This document shows, piece by piece, positions 12,201-23,360 of a stretch of DNA of 64,000 nt. Under the pieces are notes generated by a model that was not told the DNA's origin, did no database searches, and worked only from the letters and a program-made list of their open reading frames with translations. Location: the NCBI GenBank assembly GCA_051362555.1, contig CM120642.1, positions 10,478,001 through 10,542,000 on the forward strand. The letters are read 5' to 3'. The position numbers were made by a program, and so were the translations under genes. This DNA comes from Lingula anatina (taxonomy: Eukaryota; Animalia; Brachiopoda). Within the stretch, counting starts at the first letter, position 1. Every line of letters begins with the position of its first letter.

Positions 12201-14132
12201 AGAGCTGACAGATAATTTAACTTTTGTAAAATTTCTTAATACATGTATATATCACAAATGAGATGTTTTGTCTTACTTTGTCCAGGTGTTTTTCTCCAAA
12301 TACTCTGAAACACTGACACTATCCAAATAGTTTGCACAGGGATGATCCCAAGGTCTTCCCACAGGGACCTGAAGCAATGAAAAATTTGACAGTATACATG
12401 ATATGGAACCACAAAATAAACATCATTATAACAAATTTGCCTTAATTATTCATATTATTACAGAGGCCACACATCATCTTGATGGTACATCCAATCATCT
12501 AATCTTAATACCAATCTTCTATTATTATTACAATTATTATTATTATTATGTTTGTGTTTTATTAGCATACTATGTACCTCCAGACTGAGTGCATCTAAGC
12601 TTCTTATCATGTGATTCAGATCCAAGAGCTCCACAGGATTATATGAGGATGGTATGTCACCTTTAAATACATATCGGTCTTTCTGAAAAAAAAGTATTTG
12701 TTAGTTATTTCAAAAGATATATATACTAACTATAGGATACCAATGTATATATTAAATGATAAATTAATAGAGATCTTCTATTACACTAACAACACTATAT
12801 GTTTATGCACATGATGACATAAAAAAGGAAGGAAATGTGGGTCCAACTCAAAACAACAAAATCAGGTAAGTAGGAACAACAATATTCTTCTTTTTACGCC
12901 ATCTGAGAAGATTCAGAGGACATCCACTTTTTTTGTTGTTTTAATTATCATTTTATTTGTTGATTGACTGATGGACTAATTGGTTAATTAGTTATAGAGC
13001 CGGTGTGTTGAAGATTGATCAATCGACTTACTAATTGGTTACATACGGCATTTTTCTTTTCATTTCTTTTGTTTCTTTTTTGTTAAAACAGATACACCTG
13101 TACATGTACCTCAAGCTGCAGTGTAGTCTTCAGGTTAGACCCACCCACACAATATGTCATTATCCCCAGCTCCTCTGCTAGCTTTAAAACCTGCACATGT
13201 TTTCTACTGACATAAGCTGCACCACCTTCTGCATATCCTATGTTTTCCTTCTATAAATATACATATAATTAAACAAAATATTTTGATCAAACAATTATCG
13301 TATGAATCTAGATGAATAAACTTGTTCACATTAACCATACATGTTACGTTTTTATGCCAAATTTCATTGAGCTTGTATATGAAAAATGTATGCACAGACT
13401 ATCAGCTTTCTACTATACAGTACATCATCGAACAAATACTCAGTAACTGTAAAAAAATCATTCCACTGTTACATGTAAAATGTTTAAAATAAACCATCAT
13501 TTGAAGGCTTCAATCAATATTATAAGTTTGAATAAAATGTGAAAAGAATAAAAAATGTTTAGAACTGGATAGTCTACTCAGTATGTCAGTGTGACCACAC
13601 AAACATTAGAATGAGTAATATTATCAAAGACAGGGACACTAGATATGTTTTTTGGTGTCAAGGTAATACCCGAATAGTTTCAGTTCTTCCTCCTGTTTTC
13701 TCTCTGGCTTCTATAACCTGTACATGTAGGCCTTCTGCTACTAACAGCTGGGCTGCATGTAATCCTGCATTAATAATAAGGATCACACTAAACAAGATTT
13801 ATATTTAGATGTCAGGGAAATGAAGAAACAGATGGTCAGAATTTCTAATAATTACTTAAAAAAACATCCTTGAAAGGTGCCATAAATGACAAAAGAAAAA
13901 AGTGTAACATGCCAATTCTTTCCTATTTATGTGATTTTACATGTACTAGTACAAATGAAAAATTCTAAAGTTACTAGTACACATTTTTGTCTTACCAATC
14001 CTTCTTACTAGTATACCTGCATAACCTTCATTTCTGTTATTATCAACTGATGAAAATGCCATTTATCTTACCACTTAAACCAGCTCCAACAATAATTACA
14101 TCATACATGTATCTGTCTTTGTCCTTTGGCAT
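3276..14132 (-). CDS. MAO: Flavin-containing monoamine oxidase (MAO-A/B-like), about 521 aa, 15 coding exons: 14132-14072, 13764-13670, 13250-13110, 12682-12578, 12368-12277, 12026-11885, 11003-10943, 6112-6024, 5812-5729, 5553-5475, 5078-4988, 4682-4629, 4335-4171, 3958-3847, 3470-3276
   Basis: Manual splicing gives an open frame of 1566 nt. Motifs: MPKDKDRYMYDVIIVGAGLSGLHAAQLL..IEAREKTGGRT (FAD GxGxxG), EMKFVGGSG, VILAIPP, TIKTFMYYSAPFWR, YTIDDTKPDG..IMGF, VHFAGTETA..GYMEGAV..RAALEVL, and C-terminal FLERNLPSVP plus a hydrophobic tail anchor. All are colinear with vertebrate MAO-B as recalled. An in-frame TAG lies just upstream of the ATG. Confidence 0.95.
4927..4948. repeat. (CA)n microsatellite
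   Basis: Direct observation. Confidence 0.85.
6397..6526 (+). repeat. 5' LTR (130 bp)
   Basis: Begins TGTCACATAG, ends ATTACA, and is followed directly by the PBS. The first 37 bp recur at 10849 with one C>T change at a CpG. Confidence 0.9.
6527..6544 (+). promoter_or_regulatory. Primer-binding site complementary to a tRNA-Leu 3' end
   Basis: Reverse complement ATCCCACTTCTGACACCA matches the 3' end plus CCA of metazoan tRNA-Leu(CAA/CAG-type) as recalled. Confidence 0.8.
6543..10464 (+). pseudogene. gag-pol polyprotein of the Gypsy element, broken by two frameshifts (near 6855 and near 8058)
   Basis: Gag MNDFKPPPKFSFDGDVSQNWREWKQMF; zinc knuckles CTRCKRIH and CYRCKGNNHFKSCC; protease KIDTGAE; RT DLKDSYYQV, MPFG, IADDILI; RNase H DAS..EKELLA..DHKPL; integrase H-H-C-C with SDIF/NDN/SERF. 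The reading frame changes between ORFs 6498-6884, 6836-8080 and 8026-10464. Confidence 0.9.
10849..10885 (+). repeat. Truncated 3' LTR (about 37 bp)
   Basis: TGTCACATAGTGGTGCGTCATGCACATTATGTAATAT follows the PPT; identity to the 5' LTR stops abruptly. Confidence 0.9.
11085..11399 (+). mobile_element. MITE family A (PIF/Harbinger-like), copy 1, interrupted by a 98-bp insertion
   Basis: Imperfect TIRs GACTG(..)GGTTCCCACACATTTAGATCGATC / GATCGATCTAAAATCTGTGGGAATGCAGTC; TAA on both flanks; related copies at about 16245-16388 and 20426-20640. Confidence 0.75.
11090..11187. mobile_element. 98-bp palindromic mini-element (CCC..GGG ends, TG duplication) nested in the left TIR of MITE A
   Basis: CCCAGCAGACAAACGACATTGATTC...GAATCAATGGTGTTTGCCTGCTGGG, flanked by TG on both sides. 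The uninterrupted end (GACTGGGTTCCCA) is seen in the copy ending at 16388. Confidence 0.75.
11403..11637. mobile_element. MITE family B (Harbinger-like), abutting MITE A
   Basis: Long imperfect TIRs GACCCCATTCTCACACACACCATTGGTCTAC..ACCCAACTCTGTG / CACAGAGTTGGGT..GTAGACTGATGGTGTGTATGGGAATGAGGCC; TAA at 11400-11402 and 11638-11640. Confidence 0.7.
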
Positions 14133-15074
14133 TGTGAACTAGTGATAGGAATGTTTATGTCATTCTCCATGTAAACCTGAAAACAAGCAATTTATTTAAT
14201 TGGCCTTGGTTAAAAATGCTACACCTAAAAAGAATTCTTGATTTACAAATCTTTCTGTAATACAATTTTTTCAAAAGTGCACCGCCCCTGTGCATGGGAC
14301 TCAAATAGTGACACATTTTAATTTAAATATTGTGTAAAAAGAAAGGAAAAATCATTTCGAAAATTGGTCTGTTTTGTATTTTAGAATATAGTCTATCCTT
14401 CATATGTCAGACTTTGAGTGCTGCTGGACTTTGTGATTTTGGAAGAATGTATAGTTTCCCTTTCTCTGCAGTGGTTATGGTATACATACAGATTATACAC
14501 TTCAAATTATTTGTGTACTTATTTAATATTTAATCATTTATTTATTTATCTATTTTACTCAAGGCTACATTTAACCAAAAATAAATAACGCACTTTTAAG
14601 TCATTTTTTCAGGCACTTCTCATTTCATTGAATTATTGAGAATTATAGAGAAATAAAAAAGCCGTGTTGCAAATGACTGAGTGTTTGTTTGTGAAAGAGG
14701 ATTGAGTGAGAGAGATGTTTATTTAGTTATTTATCAATTTTGAAATGTAAGATTTTACAATTTACACTTTCCTTGGGTGATTTTAGCAGCCAAGGTGCTG
14801 TAATTACTGATTTTTCTTTAAGATTTTATTTGTTATAAAAAAATCTAGTTCGAAGAGAAATTACAGCTTATATGTGGGCTTTTTTCGGTACACATATGTA
14901 CTAGTACGTGTGGGGTCCTATCGAGGAATATAATGCAAAAGTTTATTTATAACGAGGTGTGTTGGGGGGGGGGGGGGGCATCGGTGTGTAGGAGCATGGG
15001 TGCGGGGAAGTATCGACATGACCCCGAAGAGTCGGGACTAAAATCACGCTGGTGGTGCAATAAAGTAGCTTCGT

Positions 15075-15115
<41 letters not shown>

Positions 15116-15314
15116 CAGAAACCGCCCAAAATGACAATTGCATATGAATTAATGAACTTTCACTTTCAATAATAGCGCACGATACACTAGACTAGAGTGA
15201 TCATACCGTAATGAATAAACCGCTAGTCGTTTCATATTTGAAGCAATATCGATATTACATTGACAATCGCAGCAAAGACATTGTTCTATCAAAGGAATAG
15301 CAAACAAACCTCAC

Positions 15315-15400
15315 TTGACGTAGAGCAAGACAAGATTTAGTTGACGGCCCTCGGCCACAGGTGACAGGAAGTAGCCATCGGCTCGCATGGAGAGGTGTGC
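15315..15400 (-). other. Probable non-coding first (5'UTR) exon of the MAO gene, in a CpG-rich promoter
   Basis: Minus-strand donor AA|GTGAGG at 15314; acceptor TTTTCAG ahead of 14176; CpG density rises sharply around 14850-15500. The 5' limit of the exon is approximate. Confidence 0.5.
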
Positions 15401-16244
15401 CCGTTCAGGCCCCCGATTGCCCTCTCAGACCGCCATCAAGAATTTCGTTATATGCAGAATGCGTGGTTCAGCGATGGTTTCTGGCTCTTTCACCCAAACT
15501 CAATATTTATGTCCATTTGAAGAAAACTGAAAATGAAGTTAAAGACATGTGCACGAATTCTTACTTTGTTTTAATCTTTGGTAAGAGAAAGTGACAAATC
15601 AGGCATTTTATGTAAATCAATGTAACTTTCGAAATTCATGCCTTGCTAGCATGAGGAATTTTCGTTTTCAGTAACGAAGGTTTAAGCTTATTTAAAAAAT
15701 AATAAACCATCATTAGGGCTCGACATTAAGGGTTGCCTTGTGCGTTTTTCAACCACTTTTTACACTCACGCAACCAGTTGTCCGACTGATTTTCTGGCAC
15801 GTAGAATGCACGCGGTCGAAACTTTGTACATTTTTTTTTTAATTAAAATCACATTTAAAAACACGTGTGTTGAGTAATCTAGAGGACACTGAAGCCCTAC
15901 AACTTGAAGCACTGCACATATGCCGAACTACATGTGTAGGAACTCACTGAAATTAATATTTACACAAGTTCAAGATAATTATTTTTCCACCAAAGCACGT
16001 GGATTTTGTGCAACCCTATAGGGTACGAGCAGCATTACGTCAATTCTTATATGGCGAATCACTATAGTTATTATAATGAGAAAATGTGTCTTGATACCAT
16101 TTGAGTTAAAACAGATACTTCACCCTAAAATGACAATAATAATAATAAAGTAACCACAAGGGTGTGTGTGTTTATGGAGGTATCCGAAGTTGTGATGTAA
16201 ATTCTGTAGGTAAACCTTACTGTTTTCAGTTTTGTGAAAACTGT

Positions 16245-16388
16245 TAGGGGGTAATTATCTTTACCCCTAGCTGATTCGGTAGGCGTGACAGACATTTAAG
16301 CCTCTTGAGCTGATAGCATTTTAATAGCGTGAACCCCCAGGGAGTTAGGTTGATCCAGTTGGATCGATCTAAGTATGGGAACCCAGTC
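16245..16388 (-). mobile_element. MITE family A, partial inverted copy
   Basis: Reverse complement reads GACTGGGTTCCCATACTTAGATCGATCCAACTGGATCAACCTAACTCCCTGGGGGTTCACGCTA, matching 11190-11250. Confidence 0.7.
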
Positions 16389-17085
16389 TAAGAGTTCAAG
16401 CATACATATGGCAGGATAAAAAGTTTCCCGACTTTTATTTTACAATATAAAGTACAACGAAATCAAATCACACCAGATAAATCATTTATAGTATATGTGT
16501 CGTATGATTCATATTCCCTGCGGTTTAGCTTGCCATCATTAGGATGCTGGTTTGCAAGATACAAGTAAGATATCTACCAAAAGATAAAATTGTTTTACAT
16601 CTCGTTTAAACAACTGAACTAGTAAAGGGTAAACTGTAAATTTGAAGACCTATTGTTACGTATCACGCACATAGAGTAGGCCTATTGGATGCATGGAAAC
16701 ACACCCACACGAAAGAAATTTATCCAAGTTTATCAAGTAAATTTAAGACTTAAAAATGCAAGCAAACAAAGGTAGGCCTACACATGTATATGTAAAAAAT
16801 TATCAAAGTCGCAAAGGCACCATACAAAAACATGCATCATTTCTCCATCTTACAATATGTACAATATAATACACATAATTATGTACAATATAATACGTAC
16901 TGATGTACTGTTTTTAAACATACATATTTAATATAAATATGTAGTTAGGCCCTAATATAATTTATTTGTGTATTTAACTATTTACTTGTTTATCTATATA
17001 TTTATACATTTTTTCACAACTCCTGAAGTATCCCATATTATGTTAATGTAAAGTCACTGTGGTGCTTTATGTCGGCTAACGTGGA

Positions 17086-20000
17086 TCACGTATGGGAAAC
17101 AATGCTTTTAGGCACTGTTCTGTCAAGAGAATGTAAAGGTGTGTACGTATAAGTAAACGGTGTCTCTGGTTCCTTATTAGGCTGTTGCTGTAACGGTTCA
17201 TAAGATTTTAAATGTTCGTTTCCTAATTTCTTGTCAATCTTATTCCCACCAGGAGCATCGTTGGACGTTTTGTCGGCGCTTGATAACAGAGCCTCTGAAG
17301 GAGAACAGGTTTCAGGGAAGATATAGGTTTTGTCATCTTCTTCACTCGAAGACCATGACAACCTCGGTGTGAGCGATGTTCTGTTGTAGTCAGCGACCTC
17401 GGCGTTACAATATTCTCCTGTTGTATATTCATCAGACGAATCATCGGTTGAATTATCAGAAAATCCGGACATTTCCTCGTTTTCCGGCGTACTTGGCAAG
17501 TCGAATGAATTGTTCAAAGAAGCTTGGGTAACACCCGCTCGTGCTGAAGGATAGGTATGGTAAAACGCGGGGTCAGTGTCAGTTGAAAAAGTTTGGCAAC
17601 CCTTTTCACTCCACGTGTGGTCATTCTTTAAGGACTGTGGTATCCTATTACTGGAGCCCGTGCCGGGTTCAGTAGCAAACAGCCCAGAGCCCGCCAACTC
17701 CCGCTTCAAAAAAGACCCCATACGAAAAAAATTCGGAGACGAAAGCGCTTTCTTTGGAATCTTAGAGAGACCTGGATTCATAGACTGGCAGTCAAACTGA
17801 GACCTGTGACTTGGCATGTACTTTGACGATCGCAGATGATGGTCTGTTTTCAATTTGTGTTTGACGCAGTCGTAACAGTAACATTGTCTACGTGGGAAAG
17901 TCTCGTCGCCAACCCTGCAGCAGAGACTGAGAGATTTCGAAGAGCGGATAACACGAGGAGTCGATGGGCGAGGATTTTGTTCGGCTGATGCTTTGGTTTG
18001 ACTCGCTCTCCCGCTGACCCTGGACCCAAGGTTGGGTCTCACAGTAGTATTAGGAAAGTTGGTAGTTGGGGGAAACTCACGACTGCGTCGTTTGTTGGCT
18101 CTGATGCTGCCAAATTTGTTGATGCAGCCTGGGGAAGACACACTTCTCTGAGTGTAAGAAGGCCGGTTGTGGCTTTTCAGACAGCAGGAACTGTCACACG
18201 TCATTGAACGCCTTCTGCCTGTGCAAAGCGATGTCTTAGACCCTTGATCACGATGGCAACGTTCGGAACTTGTGTTCCATACATCTGCATATCCACCACA
18301 GGTTAAACAACCTCGCGGAATTCTTTCTGTAACGCTACGTCTCGAAGAAGCGTGTCTGAAATCGCGGGAGTCTGGGATATCGTTGAGGGGGGCCTGTGCA
18401 TAAGGAAAAGAAACCGGCCTAGGATGCGGCGACTTTAAGCCAATCGACCCGTTACGACGTACATCCCCAAGCAATGAGCAACGGTCACTGCAGAGAGAGG
18501 TGCGAGAACACGCTCCCCGAGACTGCGTCCTAGTAATGCCAGTGAGCTGGACAGGGTGAGTTTGGACGCATTGATCACTGCAAAGAGAGTGGCACGACCA
18601 AGTCACCTGAGGATTTGATGACCACTCACCCTGGGAGTGAAACTGTTGGTGCTTGCAACACCTCGGCGGATGGGGATTGACGCCTTCATTTGGTGTACCG
18701 TTTTGCGGTGTTTGAAGACGTGTCGTCGCATACGCTGGGATGGACTCGATGGATTCGGCACTGTCAGCGTTGCTTGATTTGTTGTCGTCCAGGCAAAGTA
18801 GGACTTGCATAAATGTTCGTTTTTTGAAGTTTGTGCCTTCTGCTTGGTCCCCGTCGTGGTCGCCCGGTGGCTGGATCCCGGCTCGTTGTATGACTTTCAT
18901 ATTGGCCCGCCATTGTATACACCACAGTACGCTACATATGGTGGAGATGGTGACAATGACAAAGAGGAGCGTTAAGAATAAAGCTATGTAAAGTGCTTCG
19001 TTGCCTTTCAGGTTCAGTGCTCCATTTTCATCGCTAGATGTTGCCGGCGGCAGCTCGTTTGTGCTGTTGATGGTGTTTGATAACAGGATATTATTCAGCG
19101 TAACATTGCCCGACGATGCGCCATCGTATTGTATATCTGAAATTAAGGAGGATCTACACTATAAAACCCTATTTTCTTTCATGCAGTATAAAAGATGCTC
19201 ACGGATAACAAAGACACGAGTCACCTATCAAATTTCAAGACCGACAAGATGATACCCTGCCAAGATTCATCTGGAATAATGAAATGTTTTGCGTTTTGGG
19301 TTGGTGATAATGCGTTGTAATTATTTGTGAGTATTAGGTCTACTACAGTGTCAAGTAACAATTGATGTAAACATAATAATGCTTGGGCAAACAAATTCCT
19401 GTTATTTTGCAACTAGCACCCATATCAGCCAGAATTTAGAAATAAGTCGTCAGCAATCATTGTTCTTACTTCATTTGCACAAGTTATAACTCCTTGATTT
19501 GCATAAAATCAAAATTGAAGATTTGTTCATTTACATCATTAGCGCTTTTAATCCATGACCTGAATCACGTGATACCATTCTTTGTAAAGAAAAGGTGCAT
19601 TTTAAGCTTATTATCTGTGACAACGTTACATTTATTTATTTAAGGATTAGTCGCATTAAAGACATCAAGGAAAGGAAATACCAGAAATGCCACTGAATAT
19701 GTTCACTGAACTATTTATTTGTATTATCATAAATGTTTAAACTTTTGGCACCTTTGTTGTTTTGGGCTATATCTAAGTTAAGCAAATACGCTCGTGTGAG
19801 TGCGTAAACTTGTGTGCGCGCGTGTGTGTGATCGCATGAGAACTGGTAATATCTTCTCATTCAGTAATTTAAATTGTCAGAAACTTTCTCTTGTCTCAGA
19901 TGTTTTCAAACAAGATAACATCACTGCATGGTACCATTGTCGTTTAACTGGACACTCAGATCTAAACCATCTTGGGTATCTAATTTAGTTTCACTCAAAT

Positions 20001-20268
20001 ACTCTTTTCTTACAGCATCAAGCAAACTCAAATCAAAATGGTCATTCAAATAAAATGAGAAATCGAATATAGGAAGATGAATATAATACATTTTATCAAA
20101 ATTCAACTGTTGACGCTATTTTCCATGGTCTTTTAAGCAATCTCACTGCTTGTTTGCTAATACCAATTAAAACTTACCTGTGGTTTGTGACCTGTTGTTG
20201 GCCGCCTTTGACAGGATTGGCCCGAAACACAACATAAACGACCACGCGAATAATAAGGCTTTCCCCAT
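17086..20268 (-). CDS. Orphan single-pass type-I membrane protein, about 713 aa, two exons (20268-20178, 19136-17086)
   Basis: Exon 1 MGKALLFAWSFMLCFGPILSKAANNRSQTT (signal-peptide-like) ends in a phase-1 G|GTAAG donor. The acceptor TTTCAG|AT opens in frame with the 604-aa ORF and adds DIQYDG..ALNLKGNE plus the hydrophobic ALYIALFLTLLFVIVTISTICSGTVCIQW. A 2-kb stop-free frame in AT-rich DNA is unlikely by chance. Confidence 0.85.
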
Positions 20269-20425
20269 GTCTCATGAATTGCTGGCATTCTCGGAACCCG
20301 CATCCACACCCACGTCTCACTCCTCCGTTCACTTTACATCCGATACCCCGCAATTTAAAAACTGGCCGTGTTTTTTGGAACGTGACCTCGTGATTGAATG
20401 CCGTAAAGGGGGGTCGGATTTCAAT

Positions 20426-20640
20426 CACCCCATTTCCATAGATTAGATCGACCTACTTTAGATCGACCTAACTCCCTGGGGGTTCACGCTAAATAGCTGT
20501 CAGCCGGGCGGACACGAAAGTTAATTATCCCCTTACAGCTTGTAGTAGGCGGGACGGACATTTAAGTTGGATTATCTGAAAGTAATCTAGTGAGACTCCC
20601 CGCGGGGATAGATCGATCTAAAATCTATGGGAATAGAGCC
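20426..20640 (+). mobile_element. MITE family A, near full-length copy about 160 bp upstream of the orphan gene ATG
   Basis: CATTTCCATAGATTAGATCGA..CCTAACTCCCTGGGGGTTCACGCTAAATAGCTGTCAGCC..GATAGATCGATCTAAAATCTATGGGAAT, colinear with 11190-11399. Confidence 0.8.
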
Positions 20641-22978
20641 AATGAGTCAACATGGGCGTTTAAATTCTAGGGGAGGGAAGGAAGGGGGTGGGGCTGTGGT
20701 GGTTGGTGAGGTATTAAATTTTGATAGAAAATTTCCCAGCAGTTTGTTAACTATCCACTAACTATTATATTCATTTCAGTAAGGGCGCGACACTGGTATA
20801 TCTCAAGTGACGTCTGGTGTTACAAACATCCGTTATTTATTGAGGACACAGACATCTATACCCAAGAAATACCGAAAAATTTAACAAGGTGATTGGAATG
20901 TTGGCAAAAGTGATGGGGATGACAAAGGGGTCTCATGTTTTGGACACTTGAGAACGAAACCTTTTCTTGACTTTCCTGGGTTTACAAAGACCTTTCTTAC
21001 TGTAATTTTTCCGTGATGGGATATCATTACATTGGTTAAAAAGCAGAAGAATCAATGCTTGGTTAATCACCGGTGTTTATTTCAAACTCTGATATTCATT
21101 GTTTGAATCTTGAATGTGGATAATGCATGCTTCTTGGACAGCGCCGTGATTTTGATCGGCAAAATATTTTCTTTTACACAGTTCGTTTTGCTTTCGTATT
21201 AGACCAACATCATCATTATTTGTTTCTTTATCTTTTCTTGTGAGTAAAAGACAAATGTGAATATGTGAGAATTGAAAGTAAATAATTATTTTATGCAGTC
21301 ATGTCGTGAGTTGTAATGCCCCCGTCGTTTCCCTCCCCAATCTCGCTTATTCGTTCACGATGTTTTCTCTGCTAGACAAATTGCAATGTAGGGTAAATGT
21401 TGATACTAGGCCAAAGGTGACACGTCTTTTATTGTCGGAAACAGTTTTTAAAAGAAGAACCGCTCTCGGTCCATGTGATTTAAGCTACAGGTGTGAGGAA
21501 TTTAATATTTGTTTTCAAAACTATTTAGATTCTTTTGTCCAAAATTGCCAAAGCAATTTCTGTTATTGTTCTTATTTTGTGTGAACACATTCACAAACAC
21601 CAATAGACTTAAGAACTTTGGTATGTTGTTGAAATTACTTAAATAACTTCAACATTCGTCATCTTGCAATTCTTAAATTGGGTGTCAGGTTGCAAGGGAA
21701 TTCCCCTGTACCGAGGGCCTGAGGAATCTGACGTTCTTTATGTAAAGAATACATATATCAATAATATTTTCTTTCTTGAACCATAGGTCTTTATGTTAGT
21801 TTCAACGGTTAATTGTTTTGCCCACTTCTAAAAACGTTTTTATCAGTAAAACGTTAACCAAACACGGCCTGCCTTTAAAAAGCAGGCTCGTCCGTCGTTT
21901 CTTTTTCTTTGATATAACAGCGCCCTGATGGGCAACCGTATGCCTCTGTACCCACCAAAAATATCAACCCAGTGATTAAAAAGGAAACCCAGGTTTCCAA
22001 ACGGACGTGTATTCTTTAATTGCAGAAACATGCCTTTCCCGTTCGACCCTCATACACCTGGATCCATATGCGCTATTTCTTGGCAATGCCGATTTGAAGG
22101 GTTAAGTAAAAAAATAAAACTGGTTGACCTACACATAGTAGCCTATGTGCGTCTAGTGACCATGTGACACTCCATGGTAGGTGAGGGGGGAAAACTTACG
22201 AGAACAAGGCGTATAGTTAGGCCTAATATTCAATCTACTCGATCTACCAGTCTCTTTCCCCTGCCAGTATTCGTTCGGATTATTATGTGCTTGGTGAAAA
22301 AAGTATTTATATATAACGGCAAACTGACGGAGACTGTTGATACCTGAAATTAGGCCTACACCACTGAATACCCCCCCCCCCCCCCCCCATCCTCATCATG
22401 CCAGCCAGAAGAAAGTAAATCCTAGCTGCATCAATCAATCGTGGTCTTGTGATTACTAGTTAATCAATTTTTCAGTGCCTTTGATTATTATCTTTTATCA
22501 TTCATCAACTCCGATTGAGTAGAAACTTAAAATTTTCCGATGTAGTGTTTATCTTCTCTGTCGCAATCCTAAATGTAGTCTGCGCATGTGCTTTCGATCC
22601 TCTTCTTGGAAATGTGTCTCAGAATCCTCACCCTGCTATTAATTTGCATAATATAATATAGATAGCCTATTGCTGGGGCGAGGTACACGGTACAAGCAAT
22701 ATACGTGCATGCATCTGAATATTGCTCTTTCCTGTCGGCAATGTCGCAAAAAATGAGTTAGAGATGCTTTACCAACCTATTAAAACTGATGAATTCTAAT
22801 GAATACTCGTGCCGCTGTGGTAACACAAACACACACTTAAAAAGTGATGGACGCTAATCCGCTGTTCAAATTTTATATTCAGCAACTGAAAGGGAACTGC
22901 TGTAATCGGGTCAATAATCAGATCAACTTTCAAGCACAAAAGAGATAGTCAGTAGCAGTTGTGCCAATTTTCTAATGG

Positions 22979-23255
22979 TTTTTACTTGTTCACACAATGG
23001 ACAATAGAAGTGTCATCCCTACTGAACCAGTACTTTGGGGGAGATAAATGACTGTGGAATGATATGCTCCTGGTATCATTTTATTAACATCAAATTTCAC
23101 AAAAAAAAAATGTAGTAATTTTTACTTGTTCACACAATGGACAATAGAAGTGTCATCCCTACTGAACCAGTACTTTGGGGGAGATAAATGACTGTGGAAT
23201 GATATGCTCCTGGTATCATTTTATTAACATCAAATTTCACAAAAAAAAAATGTAG
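22979..23255 (+). repeat. Exact 137-bp tandem duplication (22979-23115 and 23119-23255)
   Basis: Both copies run TTTTTACTTGTTCACACAATGGACAATAG...AAAAAAAAAATGTAG and are separated by TAA. Confidence 0.9.
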
Positions 23256-23360
23256 ACCAGGCATTATAACTACTCAAGATGCCTACTTTGATTATTGATT
23301 ACTTGATTTTTATTTGATTACTCTGATTCAGGGAGTGACACTTCTATTGTCCATTGTGTG
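23131..23360. mobile_element. MITE with 25-bp perfect TIRs (CACACAATGGACAATAGAAGTGTCA)
   Basis: Left TIR at 23131 (also duplicated at 22991); inverted copy TGACACTTCTATTGTCCATTGTGTG ends at 23360; no clear TSD. Confidence 0.65.

Noticed and set aside
14933-15172. Poly-G, poly-F and poly-K ORFs
   Set aside because: Artefacts of homopolymer G and T runs in the first MAO intron.
15714-16020. TAGGGCTCGACATTAA as a possible hAT-element end
   Set aside because: No matching inverted terminus or 8-bp TSD found.
16245-20640. Orphan gene flanked by two MITE-A copies as a possible composite transposon
   Set aside because: The left copy is truncated and lacks its outer TIR, and there is no shared TSD; independent insertions are simpler.
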